Shown piece after piece: positions 52,831 to 64,000 of a stretch of DNA of 64,000 nt. Every line of letters starts with the position of its first letter. Position 1 is the stretch's first letter. The position numbers were made by a program, and so were the translations under genes. The DNA lies in assembly GCF_009914755.1 (NCBI RefSeq), contig NC_060931.1. One strand, given 5' to 3'. This DNA comes from the human T2T-CHM13v2.0 reference genome, Homo sapiens. The notes under the pieces were generated by a model. It searched no databases. It was not told the origin of the DNA and saw nothing but the letters and a program-made list of their open reading frames with translations.

Positions 52831-54572
52831 ACAGTAGGGTTTGAAAATGGCCAAGTGTGAATCTATGAAGGCCCCATCTCTGATTGCTAAGAAAACTAAC
52901 AGTCACTTTATGTAGAGTCCAAGCTTTGCCATCTGATGCTTCTTAACACATAGGTCCTGTACTGTTGCAGGAAACTTCATGAGCTAACAAATGAAAAGCC
53001 AGAAAAGAGAATTTCCTTAGATTAAGAGGGAATTTATACCCAGAACATGGATATTTCTCAAGCCAAAAGGAAAACCAAATAATTAACACTGAGTGAAAAG
53101 TGTAATGAAAAGCAAAAATCAAATCAAACCACACCCATAAAAGTTACCCAGGGCTGAAGAGATAAATCAGAAAATAAACAGAAGAAAAATTGTCTCCCTC
53201 ATGAAACATGGTTATGGGGGGATACTCTGAACAACACAGCTGTCAATATTTCTGTGGATCATAAATAGCCTCTCAATTGTCTGGGCAGTCAAAGGTGAAC
53301 TGCTCCTGTCTCTGTCTGTTCATACCACAGTTTCTAGGTGTGCGGGTATCACACCTGGGCTTTCATCTTTTAAGACTTTTGAGTTCTAAGCCTGTATGTT
53401 TCTTCCTTTACATCAGTCTTCCTTTTAGGAAGATTAGAAAAACATGTATGTTTTCTCACTTTGTTCCCCAGACCATTTGTTCTTTCATTTTTCTTAAAAT
53501 GCTCTCCACTTTTAAGAGCTTTCTGTACTAAAAAAAAAGTGCTCTCACATACTTGACCTACAGGTTTGAAGAACCACCCAGAGATATATTTAAGAGTTAG
53601 CTTTGAGATTTCTGAAAATAGAAATTATATTCTTAAAGTACTTGTAAAGAGGGAAGACATAAATAGTGGTGACAGCAATCCAATTTAGGGGAGAGGATAA
53701 CTACCTCAAAAGTTCTGAAACTTTAAAGAAATATTAACAAGTTATGTTATCAAATAGTTCAAAGAAATAGTAACCAATAAACTGAAAATTTCAAAATATT
53801 AATATACTAAATAATCAAAAATAACCATTAAAAATGTTGATAAGGACTTAACAAGATAATTTACCTCACCAAAACCATTTACTGTAATGCCACAAGCCTC
53901 CCTATTTTATGATTTATGGCCAATATTTTATACTGCCCCTTTTTTTTCACAATGAAAACAGATTTATGGTATAAAAGCTAGTAGAAACCCAGAAGAGAAT
54001 TTATGCATTTTTGAATCCAAAACTAAAAAGGGAACAGATGAGTATAAAATATCACTATTATATTCATCATCATTATTGTCTATTTTTATTAAAGCCACTG
54101 CTTTTCCCAGGCATGTAGGGCATTTTTAAAATAAAATTGCTCCATGTTTAAGCTTACCGACTTGGTACAATTGACTTGCAGAAGCAATTGCTCTCCTGAA
54201 CATTTATTATCCCTTGGACCAAAATCATGTAAAGCCTTGGACTGCTTGATTCAAAGGCAAATGTTAGGGTAACGCTTTCTCATTCTCAATTCTACAGAGT
54301 ACGTAGATTTCATTGTGAAATAGAATGGTTTGTTCAGTTGGCATTTTTGGAGTTTTGGATTGATTTGCCTCATCTGGGAATTGGAGTACAGGAGCAATGA
54401 ACAATGTAGAGTTTATGCAGAAACCAAACATTTTATTTATTTTATTTTCTTTAGGATGATTAAAAGTAAAGTTTTTACCTATGTGACTTGTGAGGTGAGT
54501 TATCAGGTTGTGTGGGAAAAAAGCTCTCCACTCGTTAGTCTTCGTACTCACTTAGTTTTACACAGTGAGTTA

Positions 54573-55025
<453 letters not shown>

Positions 55026-55561
55026 TCACGGTGAATGGCATTTTTGGAAGTCCATGTCTCTACCGTCACTCAGCATCAAGTCACTGAAGATGCTGGGCAT
55101 TCCTCCATGTTCTCAGGACCCCAGACTGTCATTCCCAGCAGAGAAATAGGTCCTGAGGTCTGGCTGCTACCCCCGCCTTCCCTCTGCTCACCTCACCTCC
55201 AACTTACACAGAATTGGCTCTGCTGGCCCAGTCCCTGCAGATATCCTGGAAGCAAACTACCTGCCGGCCTGGCTTCTGCACACTGCTTCCCTGGAGTCTC
55301 TCTTTGGGATACTGCACAAACTGCTGTAAGACCCAAGGCTGATTACTCATCAGAGATCACTTGTCAGCTGCAGCAGCCTTTCAGCTTGAATTCTTACCCC
55401 CTTATTTTCTGAGATTCCAAGTTTTTGTTTATCCCCGTGAGCAGGTTGCCTCTCAGACCATTGCTAGAAACACTATGCCTTGGTTTATCGTCAGTAGAGC
55501 CAACCAAGATGATTGTCTAGTGAAGACCCTTCCCACATTTAATTTTTTTATTTATAGATAA

Positions 55562-55750
55562 TTTTTTTTTTTGAGACAGGGTCTTGCTCTATTGATTAGA
55601 CTGGAGGGCAGTGGCACAGTCACCATTCACTGCAGCCTTGGCCTCCTGGTCTTAGGTGATCCTCCTACCTCAGCCTCCCGAGTAGCCAGGACTACAGGCA
55701 TATGCCAACATGCACCTGTATTTGTGTTTTTTGTAAAGATGGGGTTTTAC
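55562..55750 (-). mobile_element. Truncated AluJ-like element
   Basis: T-tail and right arm only. Confidence 0.8.
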
Positions 55751-56451
55751 CAGAAAAATGTTTTGAGCACTTACTATGTATCTGGCTCCATGTGTTCACA
55801 TTTCTGCACCTCAGAGTTTTAGAAATAGAACTGCTTTAGGCACAGTTCCAAAAGCAAAATAGCCTGAATATTTGTTGGGGTGAGAGTGCTTCAAAACCAA
55901 GTCCATATTTGGCAAGGACTGACCAGAGAGAGGTCAATTTCTTTCTAAACAGTCCAGTCCAGACAGCATTCTGCGCATGGGCTTCTTTTCGCCCTAGTCC
56001 ACTTCTTGCTGAGTGATTAAAATATTTCTAGATAAATTAAAATTCTTCTTTTAGTCCTTTGAGTGTCCAAGGCAGATCTTGTTTTCTGCAATTCTTTGCT
56101 CCTGCAGCCACATTGTACAACGCCGAGGGTGCTGTTCACATGATAGATAAGTCTAAGACAGGGAGTGCTTCTCAAACAATCTCTGGCAAAGACCAGTTTT
56201 TAAAAAAATTCAAATCCAAAAGCCAAATGTTTGTAAAGAAAATTATTAGAAAATTAAAAGAGAAAAATATAAGCCCCTGTTTTAAAAATTGATTCAACTG
56301 ATATAAAATTACTCATGTCAATTTGCCATATGAGTTTTTAATGCTTAATTTCAATTTTTTATGTCTTTCTTTGAGCACTGGTGACAGGTTTCTGGACCAC
56401 TCCCAGTCAATATGCCACCCTCACAGGTCTAGGTCATAGATTCTGTGCGAA

Positions 56452-56470
56452 TGGTGCCCCCTACCGGTGT
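56452..56470 (-). promoter_or_regulatory. Candidate CTCF binding site
   Basis: Minus strand acaCCGGTAGGGGGCACca matches the CTCF core CCRSYAGRKGGCRS at all 14 positions; motif evidence only. Confidence 0.55.
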
Positions 56471-58053
56471 GCAGTGCAGTTTAACTGAATGTCAGAGAGT
56501 GACTGCAGAAAGTATACAAATGTTTTAAAAAAAAAAAAAAAAGTGGGCAGCAGGAACTTCTCTCAAATGAGGCTTTGGCATGATAGGCAAATTAATGGAT
56601 TATAGACAAAATACAGGCATTACTCTCCTTATTTCAACTTTATAGCTGAGCCTTGAGACCAATTTGGAGTTGGGACTTTACATTCATGCTCGTTAGTGAT
56701 TCAGTGCCACTGGCAGCGAATGAGACCTTTTTCAGTTAATTCAGATATTCTGGCTGAAGTCCAACCCTGGTAATTGCCTCAGCCTACGTGAATGTCTCCC
56801 ACCACCGAAATTATATTTCCTCTCTTAAACTACCGTGTAATATCACGGTCTGCCTTTGAATAGCTGCCATTGTAAGCTTTAGAGGTAACTACCTTTTCCT
56901 GCCAGGTAAAACAATTTTAAAATGCACTGTGCGTGTGTATGTATATATGTACGTATTTCTCTGTGAGGCTTATGAACATATAAATGGCTTCTCAAGGAAG
57001 AAACTGTTAGGTAAATGTACAGTCAGATTGACACTTTTAACAGAACTAGAGTTTCACTGGACATTTGCACAACAAGGCTGAGGGGACCATGGAAATGAGT
57101 TTTCTGTAAATCAGATGTGAATGCCAATAATTGCAGGGTTGGGACATGCATGATTAAATGCATGGGTTTTAAAATCAGATTTTAGTTTGATTATAGATAT
57201 TTTGTGGGACAGCATCATTAAAAAGAGAGACTTAAAAGAGCTTTAAGAAAAGTTTAGGGCATAAATCTATTCAAGGCTTCCACCCTCTCCACAATTTTGG
57301 TGTTTCTATTCTTTTCTTGTACAGTTGGTGTAAAAAGGGCTGTAAAAGTATAACTCTCTGAATATTCATTTAAAAATAGTTTCTTAGATATATTTTTCCT
57401 TTTTGAGTCTGATTCCACATTGTTGTCAGTCATTTTTCTAACACATGTTCTTGATATGTTGATAAAACACCTACACTGGTCATCATCATTGCTCATTAGA
57501 GTAAGTCTGGACTCTCTTGCTGGGCATTCAAGGCCCTACCGGAGGATCTGTCCCTATTTCAATTACCCAACAGTATCTTGATTACATCCCAGTACGAACT
57601 TTCACCAGAGTTCTGCTCATCAAAGAACTTCTCTAACTGGACCTAGTCCATCTCACCTCTAAGGTCTCATGACTCACAGAGCTACTCAAAGTGGGAAGTC
57701 CTTTTCCCCCTTCTCTGTCCATTTAACCTTAAATCCTTGTCCACCTTTAATCTCACCTTCAGGCGATTCTTTTCCTAAGTTCCTCTCACTTTTATTTGCA
57801 TCATAGGATTTAGACTTTAAGTATATTTCTCTTTTAATATTTATTGGATATTTCATGTGCATGAACTCCACCTTCCTAATGAAATGATGTTCTCTTCACA
57901 GGCATGAGTGAAATAGAAAAATATAATTTCCCCCCTTCTTGTTGTGCAGAAAGCCTGGGTAATCCTCCCCTCCACTTCTCATTTGTCACTCTTGTCTTCT
58001 CTGTCACCTGAGGAAGTTGTGTCATAGAAATACCATACTGCCTTCTTACTCAG

Positions 58054-58054
<1 letters not shown>

Positions 58055-58106
<52 letters not shown>
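58055..58106. repeat. (TG)26 microsatellite
   Basis: Read directly from the sequence; uninterrupted. Confidence 0.97.
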
Positions 58107-58110
<4 letters not shown>

Positions 58111-58153
58111 AAACCCTTAGAAGCATCATTGGTTATTGTGAATGCCTAGACAA

Positions 58154-58483
58154 CAGACTGGCAAAATTTTTCTGTAAAGAGCCAGACAGTAAATATGTTA
58201 GGCTTTGCAGGCTACATGATCTCTGTTGCAACTACTCAACTCTGCCCTCACAATGCAAAAGCAGCCATTGAGAATGCTCAAACCAATGAGTGTGGCTGTG
58301 TTCCAATAACATTTTATGGACATTGAAATTTGAATTTTGTACAACTCCTACCTGTTACAAAAGAGTATTCTTCTTTTAACATTTTAAGACATTTAAAAAT
58401 GTAAAAACCATCCTTAGCTCAAGAGCCATACAAAAGCAGATGGTGGACTGAATTTGGCAAGAGCCATGGTTTGCTGACCTCTG
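58154..58483. mobile_element. MER58B-like hAT-Charlie DNA transposon
   Basis: ggcaaaatttttctgtaaagagccagacagtaaata...gcaactactcaactctgcc...ggctgtgttccaataa...gtttgctgacctctg. Confidence 0.85.
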
Positions 58484-59419
58484 ACCTAGATCACTGTTTC
58501 CTAAGTTGCGGTCCCTAAACCATCTGCATCAGAATCACTTAGGGTTACGAGTTTATAGAAAATATAAATTATGGAACCAGTGAAGGAGAATTTCTGAAGA
58601 AATGAAGGCTATTAACCAATAGTTGTGGCTCACCACATCTAGAATGGTTATGATGGGTTGGCCTTTTGAGTTAGTATTTGGGAATCAGTAAGCAAGGTTC
58701 TAACAGGAAGGGGCAATGATAGAGCAGGTTCCTTAGAGACCCATTTTACAAGACTCACAACCCAAGAGGGGCAACATCAACAGCAGAGACTCCATGCTTT
58801 AAATCAGCATTTTAGAAATTTTTTAGATGCTGAAAATACAAAACTCAGGGTTTCCGAGTGTTTATATTTAAAATACTTGTTATTGAGAATATCAGTAGAT
58901 GTGGCAAATCTTTATTTAACTAAAAGTCAGTAAAAGTAGAAATATATTTATGGGGAAGGAAAAAAACACTCATTAAATATAATGTATATGAGACTAAAAT
59001 GTAAATAAGAAAAGATCTTTATGATCCTGCCCACATTGAAAACCTTTGTAGCTGAGGCCGTTGTTACCTATGGTGAATTCCAGAGTAATTATTTCATTAT
59101 GAGGAAACAGTTTTGAAGGGAAGATGTAACATATTTCTTGGATAACTTCATTTACCTAATACACTAGATTATAACATAAACATCTTCTAGGAAGGTGGAG
59201 ACCATCTAGAATCTCGTGCCCACAGGGGCCTTTCGGCCAATGCAAATCAATTGAGGCTGGAATATGGCTCTGCCTGAGCAGAGTAGATTTGATGGTTTCT
59301 GATCTATAGACCATCATGACACACATTTTGCAACTTATTCCCAAACTCAAAAGAAATGGATGAGGGGAGAGAATGGGAATGGTCTGTTAACTGGGGACTC
59401 TAACTGCCAACACCAGCCA

Positions 59420-59640
59420 AGATTTATTGAGCACAGCTTTTGCACCAGGCACTGTGCTAAGTGCTCTATGTGGATTTTCTTGTTTAGTCCTTGTAATTAG
59501 CACACTGATAGCTCCATTAGAGGTAAGGAAACTGAAGTTTGGAGATCCTAAGATACATGTGGCAGATCACACAGGCCAAGTGAACACCAAGATTTGAACT
59601 CAGGGCCTGTGTCCTAACAACCATGCTGGGCTGCCTCCCA
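59420..59640 (-). mobile_element. MIR SINE
   Basis: atttattgagcac...ccaggcactgtgctaagtgct...aggaaactgaag...gatttgaactcagg. Confidence 0.7.
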
Positions 59641-62600
59641 ACACCTTCACTTTGCAAGGAAATCAGGCTTTGGTGGGTTTTCTTTCACTCTAGCTGAGGA
59701 AGAAACCACATACTGGGCTCTGTGTGGATTCTGGACAAATGGGGCGAGCTTCACGTCAAAAAGGCCAGCACTATGGTGTGGCACTGTGCTAGGTCAGGAG
59801 GAGACAGCCCGTGGTCCTGCAAGGACACTGAGCCTGTGTGACAGCTCTGGATCACTCTGCCAAGGAGGGATAGGCTGTTTTGGCCTTTTACAGTAATATT
59901 TGTTTTGGAACCAGTAAGCCAGGTTCCTAAATAGGAAGGGACGATGACAGAGAAGGGTCCTTGTGATCTATCTTACAAGACCTCCAACCCAAGTGGGAGA
60001 CACCAATAGAAGTCACTGCAGGTGTCATAAGAGAGAGCTCCTGGATTCTGGCAGAAGTGGTCAAGCATGTCAGATGAAAACTGAGACTCCAGACACAGAT
60101 TCGGAGGATCCCCAGCCATTCTTGGCCAAGAGGTCCACCAATATCTAGTAAACAGGGATTAGTGACCCACAGAAAAATGACGATTAGAACATGGTTCTAA
60201 TAAACGTTCAGTTAACAGTGCCTACATTAACTGTTAGTAAACTGCATATATTTGAATCGACACATTGTCCTTTTTTTTGTCCTTATTAATTTCTCAAGTT
60301 AAAGAATGCCTTCAAGTATCGCTCAGGGGAATAGCACTAGAACTAATTAGACCAAACACTGTGCTCATCTCATCATGCCTGATAAGGCAGAGCAGAAAAA
60401 TTCTCCCTAACACTCGAGGGCACTGTTTTGAATTGCATTAAAGTGTTTTCAGACATTTTGGAGTCAAGAGTATAATGCTACTTTTATATGACATTGATAA
60501 TTTAAAGTTACATAGGGTGTACAGAGTTATTTTTATAGCATAATATAGTATTTCTAAAGGATGAGAGTGATAAGCCCAATTTCAAATCCCTTCCTTTAGA
60601 ACGTGATTTTATTTCTCTATTACAATTCATTTTGTTAAGCATTTTACCATAGGTGTATACAAGTTTTAAAAACTTTGTTGCTAGTACTTTTTAGTGAATA
60701 TGCAATTTTTTTTTAGAGAATAACTTTCGTCTTACACATGTGAAACTAAGTTCACATTTTTCATCTATCATTCTGATACCTGTTTTTAATGATTTTCCAA
60801 ATTTCTGAAGGAGTCAATTGAAATTCTAGGCTCACAAACTACAATATCAAAAAAGACCTCCTTATTTATTGAGACTTTGAGGGGCAGCTTGGGTAATTAA
60901 TTCTTCTGAGGAAAAAAGAGAAACAATTGGAAGGCCCCTATTTCATTAGCCTGACGCCAGCTCAGATTCTGGGCATCTTTTGGTTTCTGTAAAAACCCTG
61001 GAAGTGTGACTTCCTTCCATGTGACTGGCTGTCTCAGAAGTTGACTTGTTCACAGTTTCCTGATGTGCCTTCCTCAGGCAGTTTTTTAGTGTGTTCAAAA
61101 GCATCACTGACTGACTTTCACAAACTCCTGCAATTTAGAGACGTTTGTTGAAGTAAGCTTTCTCAAGAGCCTTGGGGAGGATGGTCTTTAGTAATTTCAT
61201 AGAAATCTCTTCCACTAAATTAGGGGATTCTGTCACTGGACCAGGATCAATCATTCAAGGGTCAGGCTTCATGCTGGAATATGGAAACTTTAATTGGAAT
61301 ATAAATCACTTGGGAGATGATGTTAAAATGTAGATAATGATTCAATAGGGTCTAAAGTGGGATGCAAAATGACCTGGTCTCCCAGGTACTGAGGACCACA
61401 CCTTAAGGAGCCAGGTGCTGCCGTAAGGTTAAGTGAGAAGGCTCAGCAAAGCTTGCGTGCAGCAGAAAGAAAAGATCTGAGGCAACAAGACTAGAGAAGC
61501 TACCTGGTGGTGAGAAAGGGTCAGAGTATTCCTCCATGGAGAGGAATACTCTTTGGAATTCTGGATGGGATGGGTTTTGGGATTGCGTGCCTGTTCCCCA
61601 CAGCTGGGTGTTTTTGCATTCCTGGCCCCTGCGCTCTAAATGCCAGTAAGAATCCAATCAGTACAACAATTGATGATAAACAGCTTCAACGAAAAACAAA
61701 TTCCATTCATGCTTTCTTGAAATTAAAATGATATCTGACAGATTCTTAATGTGTTATTTCACCATACAAGCACTGTAACACTTCTATGCGTCCCTAAAGG
61801 TTTTTTTAAACTGGACAAATATGGCGACTTCTTCCACTGTATGTTACTGGCACCATCTTCAAATAGCCTTCCTCAAGTTTGCTAACATAAATGAAAAGGT
61901 CCTCCCTCCTTCCCTACACCTGAAGTAAACAAGCTCTCTTTTCCCTCACTTGATCCTTTTCCCTTTGTTGGACACAAAGGGAAGTCTTTGAAGGGACTTT
62001 AGGCTGAAGAAAGGATGTAATTTGGATGTGTTGGGAACTTAGGGTATGGTAGAAGTCCAGTCGTTGACTGAATAGCTGGACTTGTCTCCTTAAGCCTGCA
62101 GTGTAGTTCTTACAAGTATATTTTTAAGGATTTTTACTTCCAAGTCTAACCAAGAGGGTTTTTTTTCCCATAATACAACCCCAAAATGACCCTGGGTAGT
62201 TACAAACCCACCCCTGGTGTTTGGGGGAGGGTGGGATGGCCTTGACTCAGGAACCATTGCTAAGAGGTATTCCACAAGAAAAAAAAAACCACACAGGCAA
62301 AAAAGCAAGGCATCCACATATTTTAAGGTATACTGTTGGAAAGTAGGTAGCTTCAAACAAAATTGGCAGGCAAACTCATTAATTTAATAGTCTTTTCTGA
62401 CAAGGGCAAATAGCTAAACACTGTTTGCTAGACACTAAAATATAATGCAGGTAGGAACAATGTAATCTTGCTTGTATCCTCTGCTAATAGGATGATCCTT
62501 AGTTTATGAACAAATAGAATTTGAAAGTCATATATGACTGTTGCTGGGTTTATAACAATTTTTAAAGCTGTAGTATAATTAGGCTAAATAACATGGTTTT

Positions 62601-62929
62601 ATAACATAAAAACATAATACTAAATTTATTCATGTTTTACAATACATGTGAGCAAGGCTATTTGGGGAAACAAATTGTCCGCTCAATTACCAGATAATTG
62701 TCGTATGGACTCTTAACAATCGGAGATTCGGTGATCATTTGGTGTGTGCGGGTAAGGTGAAATTACTTGATCTAGCACTCCATTTACAATTTATTAAAGG
62801 ACTAGGCATCTTCCAGTCCAGAAAGCACAATGTGTCTTTCTGGGATTTTCCTGAGAAATTCTGAAGAAAAATGGTAACCCCAATGTTATGACTTAACAAC
62901 AAACCTGGACCTGAAGAAATGATAAAGAT

Positions 62930-64000
62930 TCTTATAGGGCTGGTGGGAAAATGTGAGGTGCTGGGACAGTCTTTCTGGAAGAAGTAATGTCTGACCTGAA
63001 TTCACAAGGATAAATAGAAATTTGCCAAAACACACAGATTTTTAAGATAGGAAGAAATACTTTGCAATGACAAAGAGATATAAAACAACAGCTCTGTGCT
63101 ACTAGGAGAATATGAATGCCATGAAGGCAGAGGTTTTTACATGTTTTGTTCACTGCTATATTAAGGAGCTTCAAGTGGTATCTGAAACACAGTAGAGGAT
63201 CAGTGAATATTTATGGAATGAAGAATGAGTTAATTGCGATGAGTCATGTGAGATGAGGCTAAAGAGACTGGTGTGGACTAGAGGATGAAAAATTTGGATG
63301 TAAGAGAAAAGTTCTGATCTTTGCCTTCTAGAGGCCATGGAGAACCATGGAGGGGTATTAAGATGGGGAAATAAAATTGTAAAAGTAGATACAATCATGT
63401 GGGTGGTCATGATTGTGGTGGTGAGGTTACAGAGTGATAAAACAAAAAGGTTAACAAGCAACACAAGCTGGGAAATCTCAGTTTTTGAGGAGTAGACAAA
63501 GAATTCATTAAAGGAGTCTGAAAAGAAGCAGAGAACCAGGAAGACCTCTAGAAGATATGAGCGTCCCGGAAGCCACGGGAGGAAAGATTCTGGAAGAAAT
63601 GAGAAATATTCATTCGACAAATAGAAAGTCAACAGAGAGAGCATTTTCAATAGTGGGATGGGGACTGAAACCAGACAGCAGTAGGATGAGAGGTGCAAGG
63701 CAGAAAAGGAAGTCAGATGTTAAGTAAAGGCTATTCCTACAAGAATCACTATCTTTATGATTTATGGTGGGGTAAATGTAGGCCCATACTTGGATAATCT
63801 TTCAAGAAATTTGGCCCAGGATGAAAGAAAAGAGAAAAATCCATGGCTGGAGGGGAAAGCAGAATCAAGAAAAAGTTCTTAAAGAATGGGATAAATTAGA
63901 GCAGGTTTATAGGCTAAAGGTAAGGTGCCTGAAGAAAAAGGAAGTTATAACAGGGTCCATGATAAAGGGAATGTTGATGAAGTGGTTCCCTGAGTGACTA
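62930..64000 (-). mobile_element. L2 LINE fragments (with a short opposite-strand L2 tail near 63100-63225)
   Basis: tctttctggaagaagtaatgtctgacctg, ggagaaccatggagggg and gaaaccagacagcagtagg...ggaagt motifs; runs off the window end. Confidence 0.6.

Noticed and set aside
63171-63698. Longest ORF in the track (175 aa), and 40537-41010 (157 aa)
   Set aside because: Low-complexity Leu/Phe/Ser-rich translations of degraded L2 sequence; no domain or splice support.

Overview
Primate (most likely human; young AluY copies present) genomic DNA lying entirely inside the MAGI2 (S-SCAM) gene, which is transcribed on the minus strand. Four coding exons splice into one open frame: 31379-31348 (32 nt), 25249-25060 (190 nt), 15855-15814 (42 nt) and 8295-8204 (92 nt). 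They encode (G)FFSPWKTPKP-IMDRWENQ...[49 protein letters not shown], an inter-PDZ linker plus the start of a PDZ domain. The ORF track misses the 32-nt and 42-nt exons, and the 42-nt exon has a non-canonical GC donor. The rest is intron, rich in Alu, L2, MIR, CR1/L3, LTR and hAT remnants and microsatellites; repeat subfamily names are from recalled consensus sequences and boundaries of old repeats are approximate. I cannot demonstrate a new biological system. The strongest leads are the GC-donor cassette exon, a tail-to-tail AluY pair only 22 nt apart, a local duplication carrying a 28-bp hairpin, a fold-back inside an AluJ, stop-free in-frame exon circles bracketed by inverted Alus, and a strong CTCF motif.
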